From positions 46,624,001 to 46,688,000 of the forward strand of contig NC_043010.1 of NCBI RefSeq assembly GCF_006345805.1: DNA of 64,000 nt. Direction: 5' to 3'. Positions within the stretch are counted from its first letter, which is position 1; every line of letters starts with the position of its first letter. The stretch comes from Octopus sinensis. Its lineage: Eukaryota. Under the pieces are notes generated by a model. It was given only the letters and a program-made list of their open reading frames with translations. It ran no database searches and had not been told where the DNA came from. Below, piece after piece: positions 1-14,329 of the stretch. The position numbers and the translations under genes are program-made.

Positions 1-480
1 CTCTACTGAGGCTAGCTTATTGGTCACATAGGAGGGATTCTACTGCTTCTTCCATTCTTTCAAGGTTTCTGCTTTTCCTTTATTTGAGAAAAGTGTGATG
101 CTGTTGTAGTTTGTGCAGCTGCTGGAGTCCTCCTTTTTCTTTGGTAGTCTTATAAGAAATTCCTCATTCTTGTCTGATGTTACCTGCCCTTCCTACCAGG
201 TCTTTCCAACCTCAATACCTTGATTTGCCTTCAGAATCTTCGCTAAGATATTATCAGGTTTGGTCACTTTGCCATTCTTCAACAGTCTGATGGTTTTGCA
301 GATTTATTCTCTTTTCGGTCTTTCACAATTAATGAAGAAATCTTTGTCTGCTTGCCTAATTCCAGAGGTTTCCCTCGGGCAGGTTTATAGTTCTTCAAAG
401 TACTCAACACCTATGCCTAATTACTGTTCCGTGCCCAATTATCACTCTCCTTTCTTTGTTCTTTACAGATATCTTAGACT
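1..480 (-). mobile_element. Decayed RTE-clade LINE, N-terminal part of the RT domain
   Basis: Minus-strand translation KTIRLLKNGKVTKPDNILAKILK...LIRLPKKKEDSSSCTNYNSITLFS resembles RTE KAAGPDNIPAE...LPKKGDLSxCxNYRGITLLS; contains stops. Confidence 0.75.
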
Positions 481-1459
481 TATTTTATTCACAATATAAT
501 TTCTTGATCAGATACTACAATTTCAAGTTTCCTCTTTTGCTAAACAAAAAGAAAACTGCTACAGAAACATTAACATTAAATATAATAATAATAATAATAA
601 TGTATCCCTTCTTAGTAGAAACGGTTTTCCTCCAAAGAGGAAAATATCACTGGATGGTGAAAGTTGGCAATTCCTGGAAACTACATGGATGATGACCAGG
701 ATTCCTTTGACCTTCATTACTCAGAACTTAAAGACTATCTATGAGGTTGGCTGGCTAGCTGGCTGGAAAAATAGGTATAGTTGTAGTGGGTATGAAACTA
801 TGTAATCTCTCTCTCTAATTGGACTCTGAAAGATGGACAAAATTGGGGTTGAAAAGACTGCAATAGGGAGAGTCGATGTCAAGTGGAGGCAGATACACAT
901 TACTGGCAAGCATTGCACTGTTGCCATTACCTCTGACTCAGAGTTTACCCAGGATAAGAAATCTTTGAACTGATAATCATCATTGCAAAACTTAGGATTA
1001 TTAAGATGAAGAGGTAAAAACCTTTTTTGTGAGAGAATGCACACTATCCACAATAAGTTACATGAGAAGGTCTTTAACATCCTGGTGGAAAATATCAATG
1101 CAAAATTCAGCATGGACACAGGGATTTAGCTAAGGAGAGAGACCTATGAATTTCATTGGATGAAAATTCTTCCCACATAAATGAGTGCACAATGCAACAA
1201 GGAAAGCATCTGATGGTAACCCTGGAAACCAAACAGACCAGATTAGATGTTAAAGTAAGATATTGAAGGTAAGCTGAAGAAAAGCTGCACAAGACAATAG
1301 ATTAACACAAATTTTCTGAAAGAAGTAAATACTAGAGAGAAGAATAGAATATAGACTGATGTTGAACAAACAAGTTTCAATCACTTCAAGAATGCTATAA
1401 AAAGAATGCCTAAAAACCCATTTGACAAAATATTGAGACATTCACATTCATACACTGTA

Positions 1460-1960
1460 TGCACACACACACATACACATAATTCTCTATATGTATACTT
1501 ATATAACATATATAGAGAGAATATGTATATATACATATATATATATATATGTATATATACATACACACACATGCTCATAAAGAAAATATGCGAATGTATA
1601 TGTATATATATAAATACATAGAAAGTGTATGTATGTATCTGTGGGTATATATATATATATACACACATTCTATATATAAATATAATGTATGTATATATAT
1701 ATGTATGATATATGTAAACACATTTTATATATGTTTACACACATGCATTCACATATTTTCTTTACGAGCATATGTATTTGTATATATATATATGTGCACA
1801 AACATATTTTCTCTGTATATGCATTTAAACATATATATATATATATATAATGTGTATATTATGTATGTATACATATATATAGAATATAGCATATGTATAT
1901 ATACATATATATATGTGTGTGTGTATATATATATATATATAAATTCACAATGACACATAT
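1460..1960. repeat. Compound (TA)n/(TG)n microsatellite field
   Basis: Direct inspection. Similar fields lie at about 6440-6700, 7020-7640, 7950-8225, 9200-9620, 42640-43230, 45190-45440, 48870-49150, 59050-59290 and 60900-61020. They account for the IY/YI/CV-rich ORFs. Confidence 0.95.
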
Positions 1961-1970
1961 ATGTGTGAAT

Positions 1971-2153
1971 TTAATGAATACAAGCGTTATAAGTGAGCTG
2001 GTTCATGTATCTCCTTTTAAAGTTACTTTTGCACAGTCCAATATATGTTTTTCTTTTGGTTTCCTTATTTGACAGTACATATGTGACCTCAGTTTCATAG
2101 ACAACTGAGCTAACTACACATACTTGGTAGTACCTAGGATCTTGCACCCACAT
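1971..2153 (-). mobile_element. Penelope-like element, GIY-YIG endonuclease remnant
   Basis: VVYETEV...KTYIGLCKSNFKRRYMNQ resembles the PLE VY...YIG...FKxRY.NH motif. Confidence 0.7.
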
Positions 2154-4458
2154 TGTGAGACCAAGATTTGTAAAGAATTTATTTATAAAGAAAGCACATT
2201 TGTTTCATTGATATTTATAATCACTTCATATCTCTTGTTTAATTCATTACTGGTTTCTAGCCAGATAACTGGTAACTAATTTGCTAATAAGCTACCAAGA
2301 TATTACAAATAAATAAAGAAAACCTTTCAGTGCAGACATCTACTAGTTTCATAGCATACCAGATTTAAGCAGGAAATCCTTAGTCATGTGATCACACAAT
2401 ATCATACTTTGTTTTTTATCTTCACAGTAATATTTTCTGTTCTGATTTCAAATTTCAACTTGTCTTTCATCCATCTGGGATCAATCAAATGAGCTACTAG
2501 TGAAGTACTGAGTCAATTACTCATTCTTTCAAGCATGTAGCCTTAAGGATTTTGTAAGAAATTATTAATATCTTATTTACAGATCTAAAATTAAAACAAT
2601 TTTATTATAAACTTTGCTCAATACATACATGAAAAATTGAAACATTTAAAATGTTTTAATTTTGAATGAAACATTAAAAATTGTTTAATTTTTAATGAAA
2701 AATTTGAAGTAAAGCCATTTTAAATGTTTCTTTTAAAACTGAAACATTCATTTTAAATGTTTAAAATGTTTCATTTCCTATATTTTAAATAGAAATATAT
2801 GAATATATTTTGGCCAAAACACTTCATTCAGAATAACTCCACAATAATCAGAATTCCCAGTTTTTAAATATAAGACCATATAATTTGACACTATAAGTAA
2901 TAATACCACTGGAAAAGTGAGATGCATCCTTTAACTTCTTGTGCTAAGTTTACCTCATATATTTTTTTCCATGATTCACTATATTTCTGTAGAAATCTGA
3001 ACTCTGGACATATAAAACTGAATACTGTTATGATTTTAAGCAAAATCTGCACCATCTCAGCAGTCTCTAAAATCCTACATAAACTAAACTTTAAAGAAAA
3101 GAATTTGATTAATAGATAAATATAAATTACCTAAATAATCTAATTTTGAGGGTTTTTCCTTCTGCAGACAATTTTGCCTTAGTAGAAAATACAGGCTAAA
3201 TATCTATGGCAAAACAGAACAACCTGATACATAGTGATAGATGAAACACAAAAATTAATAAATAAATGAAAAAGAAAGTCATTTATGGAACCTCTTTGAA
3301 GTAAAAACAGTATGCACTGCAGGTCTTCAGTCAAATTGTTTTCATTTATTCTTTAATTCCACACAGAATGGTCTAAATATAGTTTTGGTATTTTTCTTGG
3401 TCTATCTTCAATGTTGCTTTGAATGTTGTGAAAGAATTTCTTGAACCAAAAGTTCTGAAATTAGATATAGACAATAGATATTTACCAACTTTGATGTATA
3501 ATATTTGATTCTAAAGTTACAATTGCTATCAGTCTTTTACTTTTAGTCAACATCTCTTTCATTTACTGCATTTTCCTTTCTTTTTCTTTTTTTTTTTTTT
3601 TGTACTTCATAACCCTCGGTGCTATATATATAATGGGTTTTCTTGTTTATTATTTGATTAAATTTCTTATGTCAGACCTTCTACAGGCTGGCTAATAACA
3701 TTTTAGTTTCCTTTATAATTTTATTTCACAAATATAACATCTTAAACTTTTAACTTTCTATAACAGTTTATCTTTTATAATTTAGGAATAGTTTCCCACA
3801 GAAAATATCAGACAGAATTCAGTCAAAAATTAACTTCTTGAATAAGATATTCCACTCTTTTTGTTATGGTAGTGGTTGGGGGTAGTATTTTTATTTATTT
3901 TTCTCTTTTACGTTTTACAAACACTGTAACCTACATTGCATCATGTGTTACACTAATTTCAAAATATCAAATATTGATTTCTTTTGATCTATCACAGAGC
4001 CAGATTTTACAAGAGTTAAATGTATGTAAGGCTTGTCAAGAGCATATTATAGATACTTATTTTATTAGCTTCCAGTGAGGGGAATTTCAAAATCTGACCC
4101 AAACATATTTGACCAAAGAGTGCACAAGTGCAAAAGACAAAATATTTTGTTATGTTTGCTAATTCGCCACCCTCGTGAAATTTCAAATAACAATAACTAT
4201 TCCTTGAGGAATAGTTATTACAAAAATAAACATGAAGCAAGTTCCATCAGACTTTTCAGAAACAATCTAACAATAAAGTGGATAGGTGTGTTATAATTAC
4301 TTCATGAATACTTATTTTCAAAATGGATATTAATTTTTGTTGTGACAGCCATGTCTATTCTAGTTTATCTCTGTTATAGCAGACTTTTAATAAAATTAGA
4401 AGAATTCTTACTAATTTGGATTTTTACTTAAAAACAAGCCAATAGTTTATTTAGCAAG

Positions 4459-4682
4459 TTTAACTCTTTAGCAGTCAGATTACTCTGTCAAATTTAACAA
4501 TTATTTATTCTCATTGTTTTGAATTAATCCCACATTATTTTGTAGCTTTGAAATTTCATTGATGTTTATTTTTAGAATGACATTGTAGGGTAGGTGTAAC
4601 AGGCCAGATCTTGACCATTTGAATATAAAACAGGTAGAATATTTTGGCCAGATATGGCTGGTTCAAATGGTAAAGGGTTAAC
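4459..4682 (+). mobile_element. TTAA-flanked MITE (piggyBac-like non-autonomous family)
   Basis: Starts ttaactctttagca and ends gtaaagggttaa. Related copies lie at about 27431-27900 (SINE-interrupted), 28062-28285, 29362-29590 and 30165-30282 (half copy, inverted). Confidence 0.65.
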
Positions 4683-7639
4683 CAACATCTGCTTTTTTTC
4701 AACCCATATTGTAATTGTTATAATTATAATAATTATGATTATTCAGCCCATTATCATAATCATTAACACAATGGAAGCTTGGTGTTTTTATGGTTAAAAC
4801 TTTTTTTTTTTTGATATTTACTAAACTAAATATAATTTATTTAATGACATGTTTTTTTTTATGGAAGCTTCAATGAAAAATACCCATTTCTATAAATAGT
4901 TCCTTCCACTTTGGAACTGCACTCGGTAAATTGCATCAGTTGTTCATAATTATCTTCTTCCTTTCATTTTTTATCTTTGTTTTTTATTTATTATTTTTTT
5001 TTGTCATTACATTTGAAAAGGCAAAAATTGTTATTTGGATATTTTGCCAACTTGGTAAATTCTCTTTAAAAGAATTATGTTATTGGCATTTCATAACAGG
5101 GTGAATTCCAAGGTTAGCTGCTGAATAGGAAAAAAAAAGAAAACTGAGGTTTGGAAGAAGAATATTAAAAAAAAAAGGAAAAAACAAAGCTTTTTTTAAA
5201 AAAAAGACTTAAAATAATTGTGTCAATACGTTTCCTGCTGGCAACTTCTTAAACTTTGTTGAGCAGAAATTCAATTCTTGATAGCATTTGAATGTAGCTC
5301 ACTTACCATCAGTCAAAAACAGCAGCTCTTCTCAACTTCATCATGGTAATGTTTTCAAAGACATTGGCAGGTTTTAATAACACAGACAAGAAATAATGTG
5401 TTTTGAATGTGAACTCATAAAAAAAAAAAAAAAAACAGAACGAAAAATTGTTACGTTTACAAATAACCTTTTTTTTAAAATTTTTTTGTCCTTTCTTTTC
5501 AAATTTTTGGTTAAACAAAACTCTACAAGCAATGTTTATCAATATTATTTCCTTCAGCAGAAAAAAAAAATACATTGGTTTATATTTTCACAATGTGTCA
5601 ACCAAATCACCAATCTTTTGATATACAACATTTGATATTTGATTGGTTACCAAAATAGAAGCCTACAGAAGATTTTAATGCTGGCAGACGCACAGAATAC
5701 TTCCAGTATCAGAAAACAAAAAAAGAAAATTCTTTTCATTTTTCTTATAATCCAAAGAATATTAAAATATTTGTCTTTTTCTTTCTTTTTTTCATTTCAA
5801 TTTTAAAAAAATGAAAACATCTGAGATAGTTATGATTAAGACAGTCATCTATCAACAATGTTTCTCTTTGTTATTTCCAGTTTCTACATATATATATATG
5901 TATATGTATGTATATATATATATATATATATATTCACAGAAACATAGAAACATGCGCACAAGCATAAATAAACACATGATATGAACCATCAAACAAGTCT
6001 CTGGAGTCTCTAAACCTGCTAGAAATAGTAGTGGAATCTCTTTCAAATTACATAATACCATCTTCAAAAAGGATGACGATGCATTGTATATCATAGTCCG
6101 AGATACTCTGCATCCGAAAAAAAATGATGGGATGGTTATGGTTGAAATGCCTTCAATCATACATTAACTAAAGAAGGGCTGATCTGGGGATACACAACAC
6201 CAATACAGACCCACATATGTTTATAAGATATATAAGTTCATTTCAATGGACTGCTGACCACGTGGTTATAAATATAAAGTTGAATATACACAGATGTGCA
6301 AGGCACCTAGTTCTAGTTACTACATTTTTTCTATATTCTTCACATTATCTTTGAGTGGCATCTACATGTGAAAGCAACAATTAAAACTTCTAACAATGCA
6401 AGTATGGAAAAATGGTGCGAAACTGATTAAAAATTATTCATGTGAGTGTGTAAGCACACATAAATGTATGTATACATGTGGACATATATATATGTCTAAA
6501 AGTGTGTATATGTAAATATAAATATATGTGTGGTGTGTGAGTAAGTATGCATGTATGTATAAATATATGTATATGTATGAATGTGTGTATATATATATTC
6601 AAATATGTGTGTGTTTAATTTTATACATATATATATATATGTGTACATATATACAAACATATATATATATATATTCATATATATATATATATTGAGTATA
6701 GTTGTACACTGTAGTTATAGATCAGATGTGGTTATACACTACTAGTCACAATGCTCTCCGCTGCATGGCTGTAGCCTTCAAATGATAGCCCCACTCATTA
6801 GGAGGGTGGGAGGGCCAACATACCTCCAAAGCAGAATGCCAGTCTCTTTCAGAGACACACATAGCTGACTGAATGGGAGCAACATAAAGTGTTTTGCTTA
6901 AGAACACAATGTACTGCCAAGTCTGGAAATCAAAGCCAGGATTTTGCGATGGTGAAAACAACAGCCCAATCACTATGCCAGGCACCTTCAAATGTATATA
7001 TAAATATACATCTACATGACAGGGATAGATGCGTGGGTATATATATATATATATATATATACATATATATGGATAGATAGATAGATATGTATGCATATTT
7101 GTATGTGTATATATGTATGTGCATATATGTATATATATATATACATGGGTATATATATATGTGTGTATATATACATGTATCTTTGTATATATGTACATGT
7201 ATATATGTATAGGTAAATATGTATATGTGTATATATATATATGTGTGTGTATATATATATATATATATGTAAATGTATGTGTATATATATATGTGTGTAT
7301 GTATATAAGTATATGTATATAAATATGTATAAATATATATGTATATATACAGATATGTATGTATATATATATGTATGTCTATATATATATATATGTACGT
7401 ATATATATATGTATGTATATATCTGAATATATATCTATGTATATATATATATATGCGTATGTATATATGTCTATGTATATATATTTCTATATATATATAT
7501 ATGTACATATATATGTATATATAGTATATGTATATATAAGAATATATATATATATATATATATGTACATATATATGTAGATATATATATATATATTTTTA
7601 TGTATATATATGTAGATATATATATATATATATATGTTG

Positions 7640-7950
7640 CTGAGACCCCCTACGGTCATGACTGTCCATGGAACTGCACCTTGATAGTTACCCTTCCAAG
7701 CACAAGTCCAGGCAAGGCTTTTTATGGAAAACCAGCCTCCCCTCTCCCCGGCAACTGTGTTATCCAAGAGAAAAGCAAAGGCCAATACAGCTTGCCACCT
7801 GTGATGTTGCAACTCATTTCTACAGTTGAGTGAACTGGAGCAACGTGAAATAAAGTATCTTGCTCAAGAACACAACATGCAACCCAGTCCGGGATTCAAA
7901 CTCACAACATCACGATTGTAATCTCAATGCTCTAACCACTGAGCCATTCA
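7640..7950 (-). mobile_element. tRNA-derived SINE (family C)
   Basis: tRNA-like head with box A/B on the minus strand and shared body gcaactcatttctacagctgagtgaactggagcaacgtgaaataaag. Related copies at about 6730-6990(-), 25010-25350(+), 49444-49692(-) and 58500-58825(-). Confidence 0.75.
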
Positions 7951-7993
7951 ACTTCACATTTACATATATATATATATATATGTGTGTGTATAT

Positions 7994-8032
<39 letters not shown>

Positions 8033-8225
8033 TATATGTGTGTGTGTGTATGTATATATATGCATATGTATATATATGTATATATATATGTATATATGCA
8101 TATGTATATATATATGTATGTATATTTATATGTGTAATTGTATGTATATATATATGTATGTATTTAGGCATGTATATATATAGATATATATGTATGTATC
8201 TATATATATATATATATGTATGTAT

Positions 8226-8461
8226 AATGTTGTTGCATAATTATTGCAGCTTTTTGCAAAAAAATTTATTCAACAAAAGCAATACCAATATTTAATAAAA
8301 CATATTTAAATGACGGTCTGACCATCTAGCAAGTAAATGGGGAGAACTAATTGAAGTAGATGGTGAATATGCTCCGGAATAATCATTTAATCATGTTTTT
8401 GTTACATATTGTTATTGTCTTTGTTGAAAAAAAGCCTCAATAATTATGCACCACCCCAATA
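8226..8461 (+). mobile_element. Mariner-derived internally deleted element (MITE)
   Basis: TIRs tgttgttgcataattattgcagcttttt / aaaaaagcctcaataattatgcaccacccca; interior resembles a mariner transposase C-terminus (...WEKxIEVDGEY); embedded in (TA)n. Confidence 0.65.
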
Positions 8462-8559
8462 TATATATATGTATGTATATGTATATATACATATATATAT
8501 ATGTGTGTGTATATATATGTATACATTTATATATATATATATATATGTGGTGGTTTACA

Positions 8560-9728
8560 TAGTTTGACCACATCATGTACCTAGACTTTAGCACCATCAT
8601 AGCATCTGATGTGGCTTTTCAAACTAGACAAGGTTCTTCAAAGACACCTACATAGACCGCACCAAGACCTGCAGATGTTCTGTTCTTTTGGATCTTAACA
8701 TGTGTTTTGAGGCCTCCATTGGATTTTCAAACCTTCTAGCACACACTGCATTCAAAGGTGTGCACAGACATATAGGCAAAATAGTTGGTGTAGGTTCGTT
8801 TTTCATGAATTTGCTGATGAGATTTGAGGACAGCAAAAGACAGGCATGGTCTGTCACAGACTGTTCATATATGCCTATATATATGTAAATGCATATATGT
8901 ATATACACACACACACATATATATATATATGTATATGGGACAAGAACGCAAAACATCCAGACAATTAGGTGTTACGAAAAGAGAACAAAACATCCAAATA
9001 GATGATACAAAAGAAAAAAAACAAGGACGGGTCATTCAAAGCCTTTTATCTTCAGTCAAGAACCAGATCATCCTCACAATTGTGGCTGATTAATCTTGAG
9101 ATTGCAGCAATCTGGCCAGCCCCAAGGAAAAACTAAGCTAAGAGTATTAGATTCCTTGGAAGAAAGCATCGAATGTATACGAAAACAAGGACAGAAAAAC
9201 AGACGACATATATGTATATGTATATGCATAAATGTATATATGTGTGTGTATATATATATATATATGTACATATGTATGTGTGTATGTATATATATATATG
9301 TGTGTGTATATAAATATGTGTGTGTGTGTACATATGTATATATATATGTCTATATATTTATGTATATATATATAAATGTATATATACTTATGTATATATG
9401 TACATATATACATAAATGTGTATGTATGTATATATATGTATTTATTTATATGTATGTATATATATATGTATCTATATATGTATATGTATGTGTATATATA
9501 ACCACTGAGCCATGAACTTTCATACATACATATATATATATATGAATATATATGGATGTGTATATATATATGGATGTTTATATATATATACACATATATA
9601 TATACATAAATAAATATGTATATATAGATATATATATAGTTGTTTCAGGATGGTTATTATTTTTTTACAGGAATTTTGCGAAACAAATTTATAAACATAA
9701 CAATATTACTCTGTGTATGTGTGTGTGT

Positions 9729-9817
<89 letters not shown>

Positions 9818-11100
9818 ATATTCGTCCCTAATGTCTTTGAAGATGAACAGAATAGTAACTTTACTCCTTGTGGATCCTGAAGTAGCTTCCTGATCCAATA
9901 TTGGCATAAAATCCAGTTACAGTGGTGACACATAATTAGCCGAATCAGGGCCCAGTAGCACTCTTGCTTTCCCTGTAACCATGTTCTCTTTAGTTTCTCT
10001 AACCATTTCTGGTTTTGAGTGCCATACTCCATAGTATGCCACAGTGAGTGATCCTGAGCAGCCTATTCCTAAGTAGACTGTTCTCAGTTACACTTTTCCA
10101 AGATTGTCTTGAGAGTCTCTTTGTTGCTCTTCTTTGGTCTACCATGTGAGTGAGAGCCAACTGCTAGTTCACAAGAGAAAATCTGATTAGGGAATCTAGA
10201 GTCTTGAGTCATGCATGTGCACTACATTCTCACACCACTGCAGTTAGCATTTACTTAGGAAAGTATATATGCTTGACTTGTTTTCTCTGACACAGTAGTA
10301 TAAGAAATTTTATTTTGGCAATTGATGTTGAGAATTTCTCAGAGACATGTTATGTGAAAGTAACTAAGTTTCTTTTAATGTCTTTGGTAAACTCTCCAGG
10401 TTTCACATCCATAAAATAATGTAGTCACCACAACAGCTTTGTGTACCTCAAATTTTGTCTTTTTAATCAAACCAACTCATTCCTGAACCTTGTGATGAAC
10501 CTGTCCAAAAGCAGAGCTGGTTTTTGCTATTCTTGCATTCACTTCATCATCAATGTGAACATTTCTTAAAAGTATACTTCCAAGGTAGGCAAACTTCTCT
10601 ACAGTTTGGAGTGGCTGATAGTTTACAGTGAAGAGTGGTTCAATGTTGGATTTCTGGAAGTGGGTTACTACATAGCTTCAGTTTTCTTGAACCTGATTCT
10701 GAGGCTGAAGTTATCAAAGGTATAGGAATGCTGTTTATGCCATTGGGGATCTTCAGAATTTACATTCAGGGCACAATCATCTGCAAAGTGGAGCCCCCAC
10801 CTATTGTATAGAGCCTCGTTTTAGTCTTTGCCTTGAGGTAGCTAGTGTTAAAAAGACTACCATCATACCTATATCTGAGTTAGATGCCAGGTGTCACATG
10901 GGAGGATGCATCATAAAATATTGCATTAAACATCAAAACTGAAAAGCATAGGTGCCAGAACACAACCCTGCTTCACATCGTTGATAATGGTGAAAGGTGC
11001 AAAGTATTCTCCATAATTTATGACATGATGTTGCATGCCATCATGAACATTGTCCGTTTGACCTTGCAATAGCTTAATACTGACAAAGTTGCATATTCCT
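8560..11100 (-). mobile_element. Fragmented RTE-clade LINE (RT through 3' end), interrupted by microsatellites and a Penelope-like piece
   Basis: DVKQGCVLAPMLF (ORF 10926-11114) and HFADDCAL (about 10770-10790), followed by C-terminal-like sequence at about 9840-10030 and 8560-8840; many stops and frameshifts. Confidence 0.7.
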
Positions 11101-11189
11101 CCTGTAGATTGCATTTCCTCATTAGTAGAGACAAGATCTCCTACAGTGAAGCAGAAATTGCATGAATACTATGAATCAGTTTGTTGCAG

Positions 11190-11480
11190 TTTGCATATCA
11201 ACACCCCTCAATTCAAGAATGCTACAAGCGGCCCTAAACATGGAATGGCAGCAACATATGACAAATGAATGCCTTTATGGAGACCTGCCAAAAGATAGCG
11301 AGATGATCAGGCAAAGACAGCTGCAACTATCTGGCCACTGCATGTGCCATCCTGAACTGAGAGCATCCAAATTAGTCTTGTGGAACCCACTTCATGGTGA
11401 TAAAAGAAGAGGAAAACATTGTCACACTTATATTGACAACTTGATTGCAGACACTGGCCTGGAATAAATCCAGGACCATG
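11190..11480 (+). mobile_element. RTE-type LINE C-terminal fragment
   Basis: RMLQAALNMEWQQHMTNECLYGDLPK..IRQRQLQLSGHCMCHPELRASKLVLWNP.HG..RRGK is a typical RTE post-RT region. Confidence 0.8.
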
Positions 11481-12052
11481 AGGCTACGATGTTGGGCTGA
11501 AAAATGTGGCAGGTGGACCTTGTTGCTGCAGCCTGGGTTGAAAACCATCATAAAAAATCAAACAAAAATCATGAAATTGCTGTCATGAACTTGTCAGGGC
11601 AACCAAACTTCATCATTATTTTCTGGAGGCCTTGTCTGCTTACAGTAATATCAAACACTACCAGCTGCAAGCCTGGGATTCCTCGTTCTCCAATTAGACC
11701 CAGAAAGGTCCTTACAAACTAAAAGCAACCCAAGGGCAAAATTTCCTGGCCTGCCTCTTTTGACCCAAATGAACTAATCTAAGAGATTGCCAACTCAGAG
11801 TGTTTATTCTTTAGTGACTTACTAACCAACTGACCATAATGGATTCCTGCCACCCAGATACGAAGAGTTACATTTGTCTTCAGCTTCAGAGTTTGACAAG
11901 CCATCCATGGTGCTAACCATAGTCATTCTATGACTGGACATAGACTTAACTTATATATATGTATGTATGTATGTATATATATATTAATATATATATATAT
12001 ACACATATATATACCTATATATATATGTGGAGTATATATATATATATTATAT

Positions 12053-12146
<94 letters not shown>

Positions 12147-12649
12147 TACATAGATAATCGTTTTTATTAAAATGAAGCTGAAAGTTCATGTCATGACCTG
12201 AGTTTCACTCTACTGCAATCCTCAGGCACAGTGGTGGGAATTTCAAGTCAAGAGATAAATTTTCAGTTTTAATAAAAAATATTCCTTTACATGTATAGAG
12301 CACTCTTTTTCATTCACCCAACTTCATCCAACATTAAGCAATACACATCATCATCATCATCATATATAATATATATAAGGTGAGCTGGCAGAACCAATAG
12401 CACACCAGACATAACACCTAGCAGCATTTCATCCATTTCTATGTTTTGACTTCAAATTCTGTCACAGTTGACTTTGCTTTTCATCCTTTTGAGGTCAATG
12501 AAATAAGTACCAGTTGCACACTTGGGTTGAGGTAATGAACTAAATCCCTCATCCCAAACTTCAGGCCTTGTGCCTATAATAGAAAGGATAGATAGATACT
12601 CATATAAATCTGTATACATTGAAATATAGTTATATATATATATATTTAT

Positions 12650-13040
12650 TCTTTCTTTTCTCTTACTTGTTTCAGTCATTTGACTGCAGCCATGCTGGAG
12701 CACTGCCTTTAGTTGAGCAAACTGACCCCAGAGCTTATTCTTTGTAAGCCTAGTACTTACTCTATCGGTCTCTTTTGCCGAACCACAAAGTTACAGAGAC
12801 GCAGACACACCAGCATCGGTTGTCAAGCAAATTTGGGGGGACAAACATATACACACACATATATGTATATATATATATGACGGGCTTCTTTCAGTTTCCA
12901 TCTACCAAATCCACTCAAGGCTTTGGTCGGTCCAAGGCTATAGTAGAAGACAGTTACCCAAGGTGCCAAACAGTAGGACTGAACCCAGGACCATGTGGTT
13001 GGTAAGCAAGCTACTTACCACACAGCCACTCCTGCACCTA
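12650..13040 (-). mobile_element. tRNA-derived SINE (family B, internal CA/TA microsatellite, gctccagcatggccgcagtcaaatgactgaaac tail)
   Basis: Near full-length copy. Other copies at about 24130-24720(+), 26230-26600(-), 39230-39725(+), 40720-40875(+), 42000-42300(+), 43950-44345(-), 45760-46030(+), 47050-47432(-), 54530-54780(+), 59030-59490(+) and 61020-61190(+). Confidence 0.8.
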
Positions 13041-13052
13041 TTATAGATATAG

Positions 13053-13114
<62 letters not shown>

Positions 13115-13118
<4 letters not shown>

Positions 13119-13675
13119 GTCATTCCAGAAATAATGTGGTTTTTCAATTGCATGAAATAAAAGTCGGAAGGGGATGGGATGAACTACCTGCATCAACATG
13201 CTATAAAAGCAGGTAGTAATTTTACCTTGTCTTTATTCTTAGTGCAAGTTTGGAAGAGTGCAGTGCAATTATAATAGTTATTTTTTCAAAGCTATAATGG
13301 AAGTGACAAAGGTGCATATTTGGCATATTTTGCTTTATGAGTTCAATAAAGGCAACAATGCACCAGAAAGTGCGAGGAATATTAATGCAGTATATGGGGA
13401 TCAGACAATAAATGTAAGCCAGTGTTAACAGTGGTTCCAGAAGTTTCAAGCTGGAAACTACAGCCTCGAACACAAGCCTCATCCTGGAAGATCTGTAGAG
13501 CCCTGCAATGATGAGGATGCCCTGCAAACTCTGGTGGAACAAAATCCCATCATAACTGTTGAGGAACTAGCAGAGAAGCTTGGATTTAGTCATTCAACCA
13601 TTCATCTACACCTACATGCCATCGGAAAAGTCAGCAAATTGGGTCAAAGGGTTCCTCACAAACTTCCTGAGTCTA
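13115..13675 (+). mobile_element. Mariner (Tc1/mariner) 5' half: left TIR and pseudogenised transposase DNA-binding domain
   Basis: TA then TIR-like ttgggtcattccagaaataatgtgg; ATG at 13297 reads MEVTKVHIWHILLYEFNKGNNAPESARNINAVYG...QC*QWFQKFQAGNYSLE...GRS...NPIITVEELAEKLGFSHSTIHLHLHAIGKVSKLGQRVPHKL (degenerate WVPHEL); one in-frame TAA; no DDD domain. Confidence 0.9.
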
Positions 13676-14140
13676 AAGCTGGGATCATTGATAATATCTT
13701 GAACTTGTTGGATGAATTGCGGTGTCCTTATAATATCTGAACATTTAGAATGTTTTTTTCTCTTTCATGATGATGATGACTATGACGATGACGATGACAG
13801 CAATGACAATGATGACGATGAAGACAACAAAAATGATGATATTGATGAGGATGATAAAGTTGAAACTTTCAAACCAGGAGCATCCAAACTTGGTTTTATA
13901 AAGATCTTGCAATCTTTACAAAGTTGGCAATTTCAAATCACTGTTTCCCATATTTGGCAGCAATGACTGTACACCTTTGCATTTCTTGAGTTGTTAGTAT
14001 TTTATATGCTATGGGGCTATCTGAAAGAAACAAAATCCTTTTCATTGGTTAGAGAACAGTAATAACACTGATAATTAAGTGTCTTCAAATACCCCACACA
14101 CCATGCACATGTGTGTGTGTATGTATGTATCTATATATAT

Positions 14141-14215
<75 letters not shown>

Positions 14216-14329
14216 TACAGCATCAGACCATCAGGTGCTTTGTACACCACTGGTTATAATGCACTTCTAATTTTGTTTTGACTGTGCTTTTCTTTACCAT
14301 TTTGATCCAAATTGCTTAACTAAATCATC

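Noticed and set aside
3785-4296. Possible + strand exons (NSFPQKISDRIQ...; SQILQELN; LPVRGISKSDPNIFDQ...)
   Set aside because: They cannot be chained with consistent phases and plausible introns, and no protein family is recognised.
1381-9893. Many 60-190 aa ORFs rich in IY/YI/CV/HT (also throughout the window)
   Set aside because: They are translations of (TA)n/(CA)n microsatellites, which lack stops in some frames; there is no coding signal.
13712-13966. Asp-rich ORF
   Set aside because: (GAY)n microsatellite with no recognisable domain or splice context.
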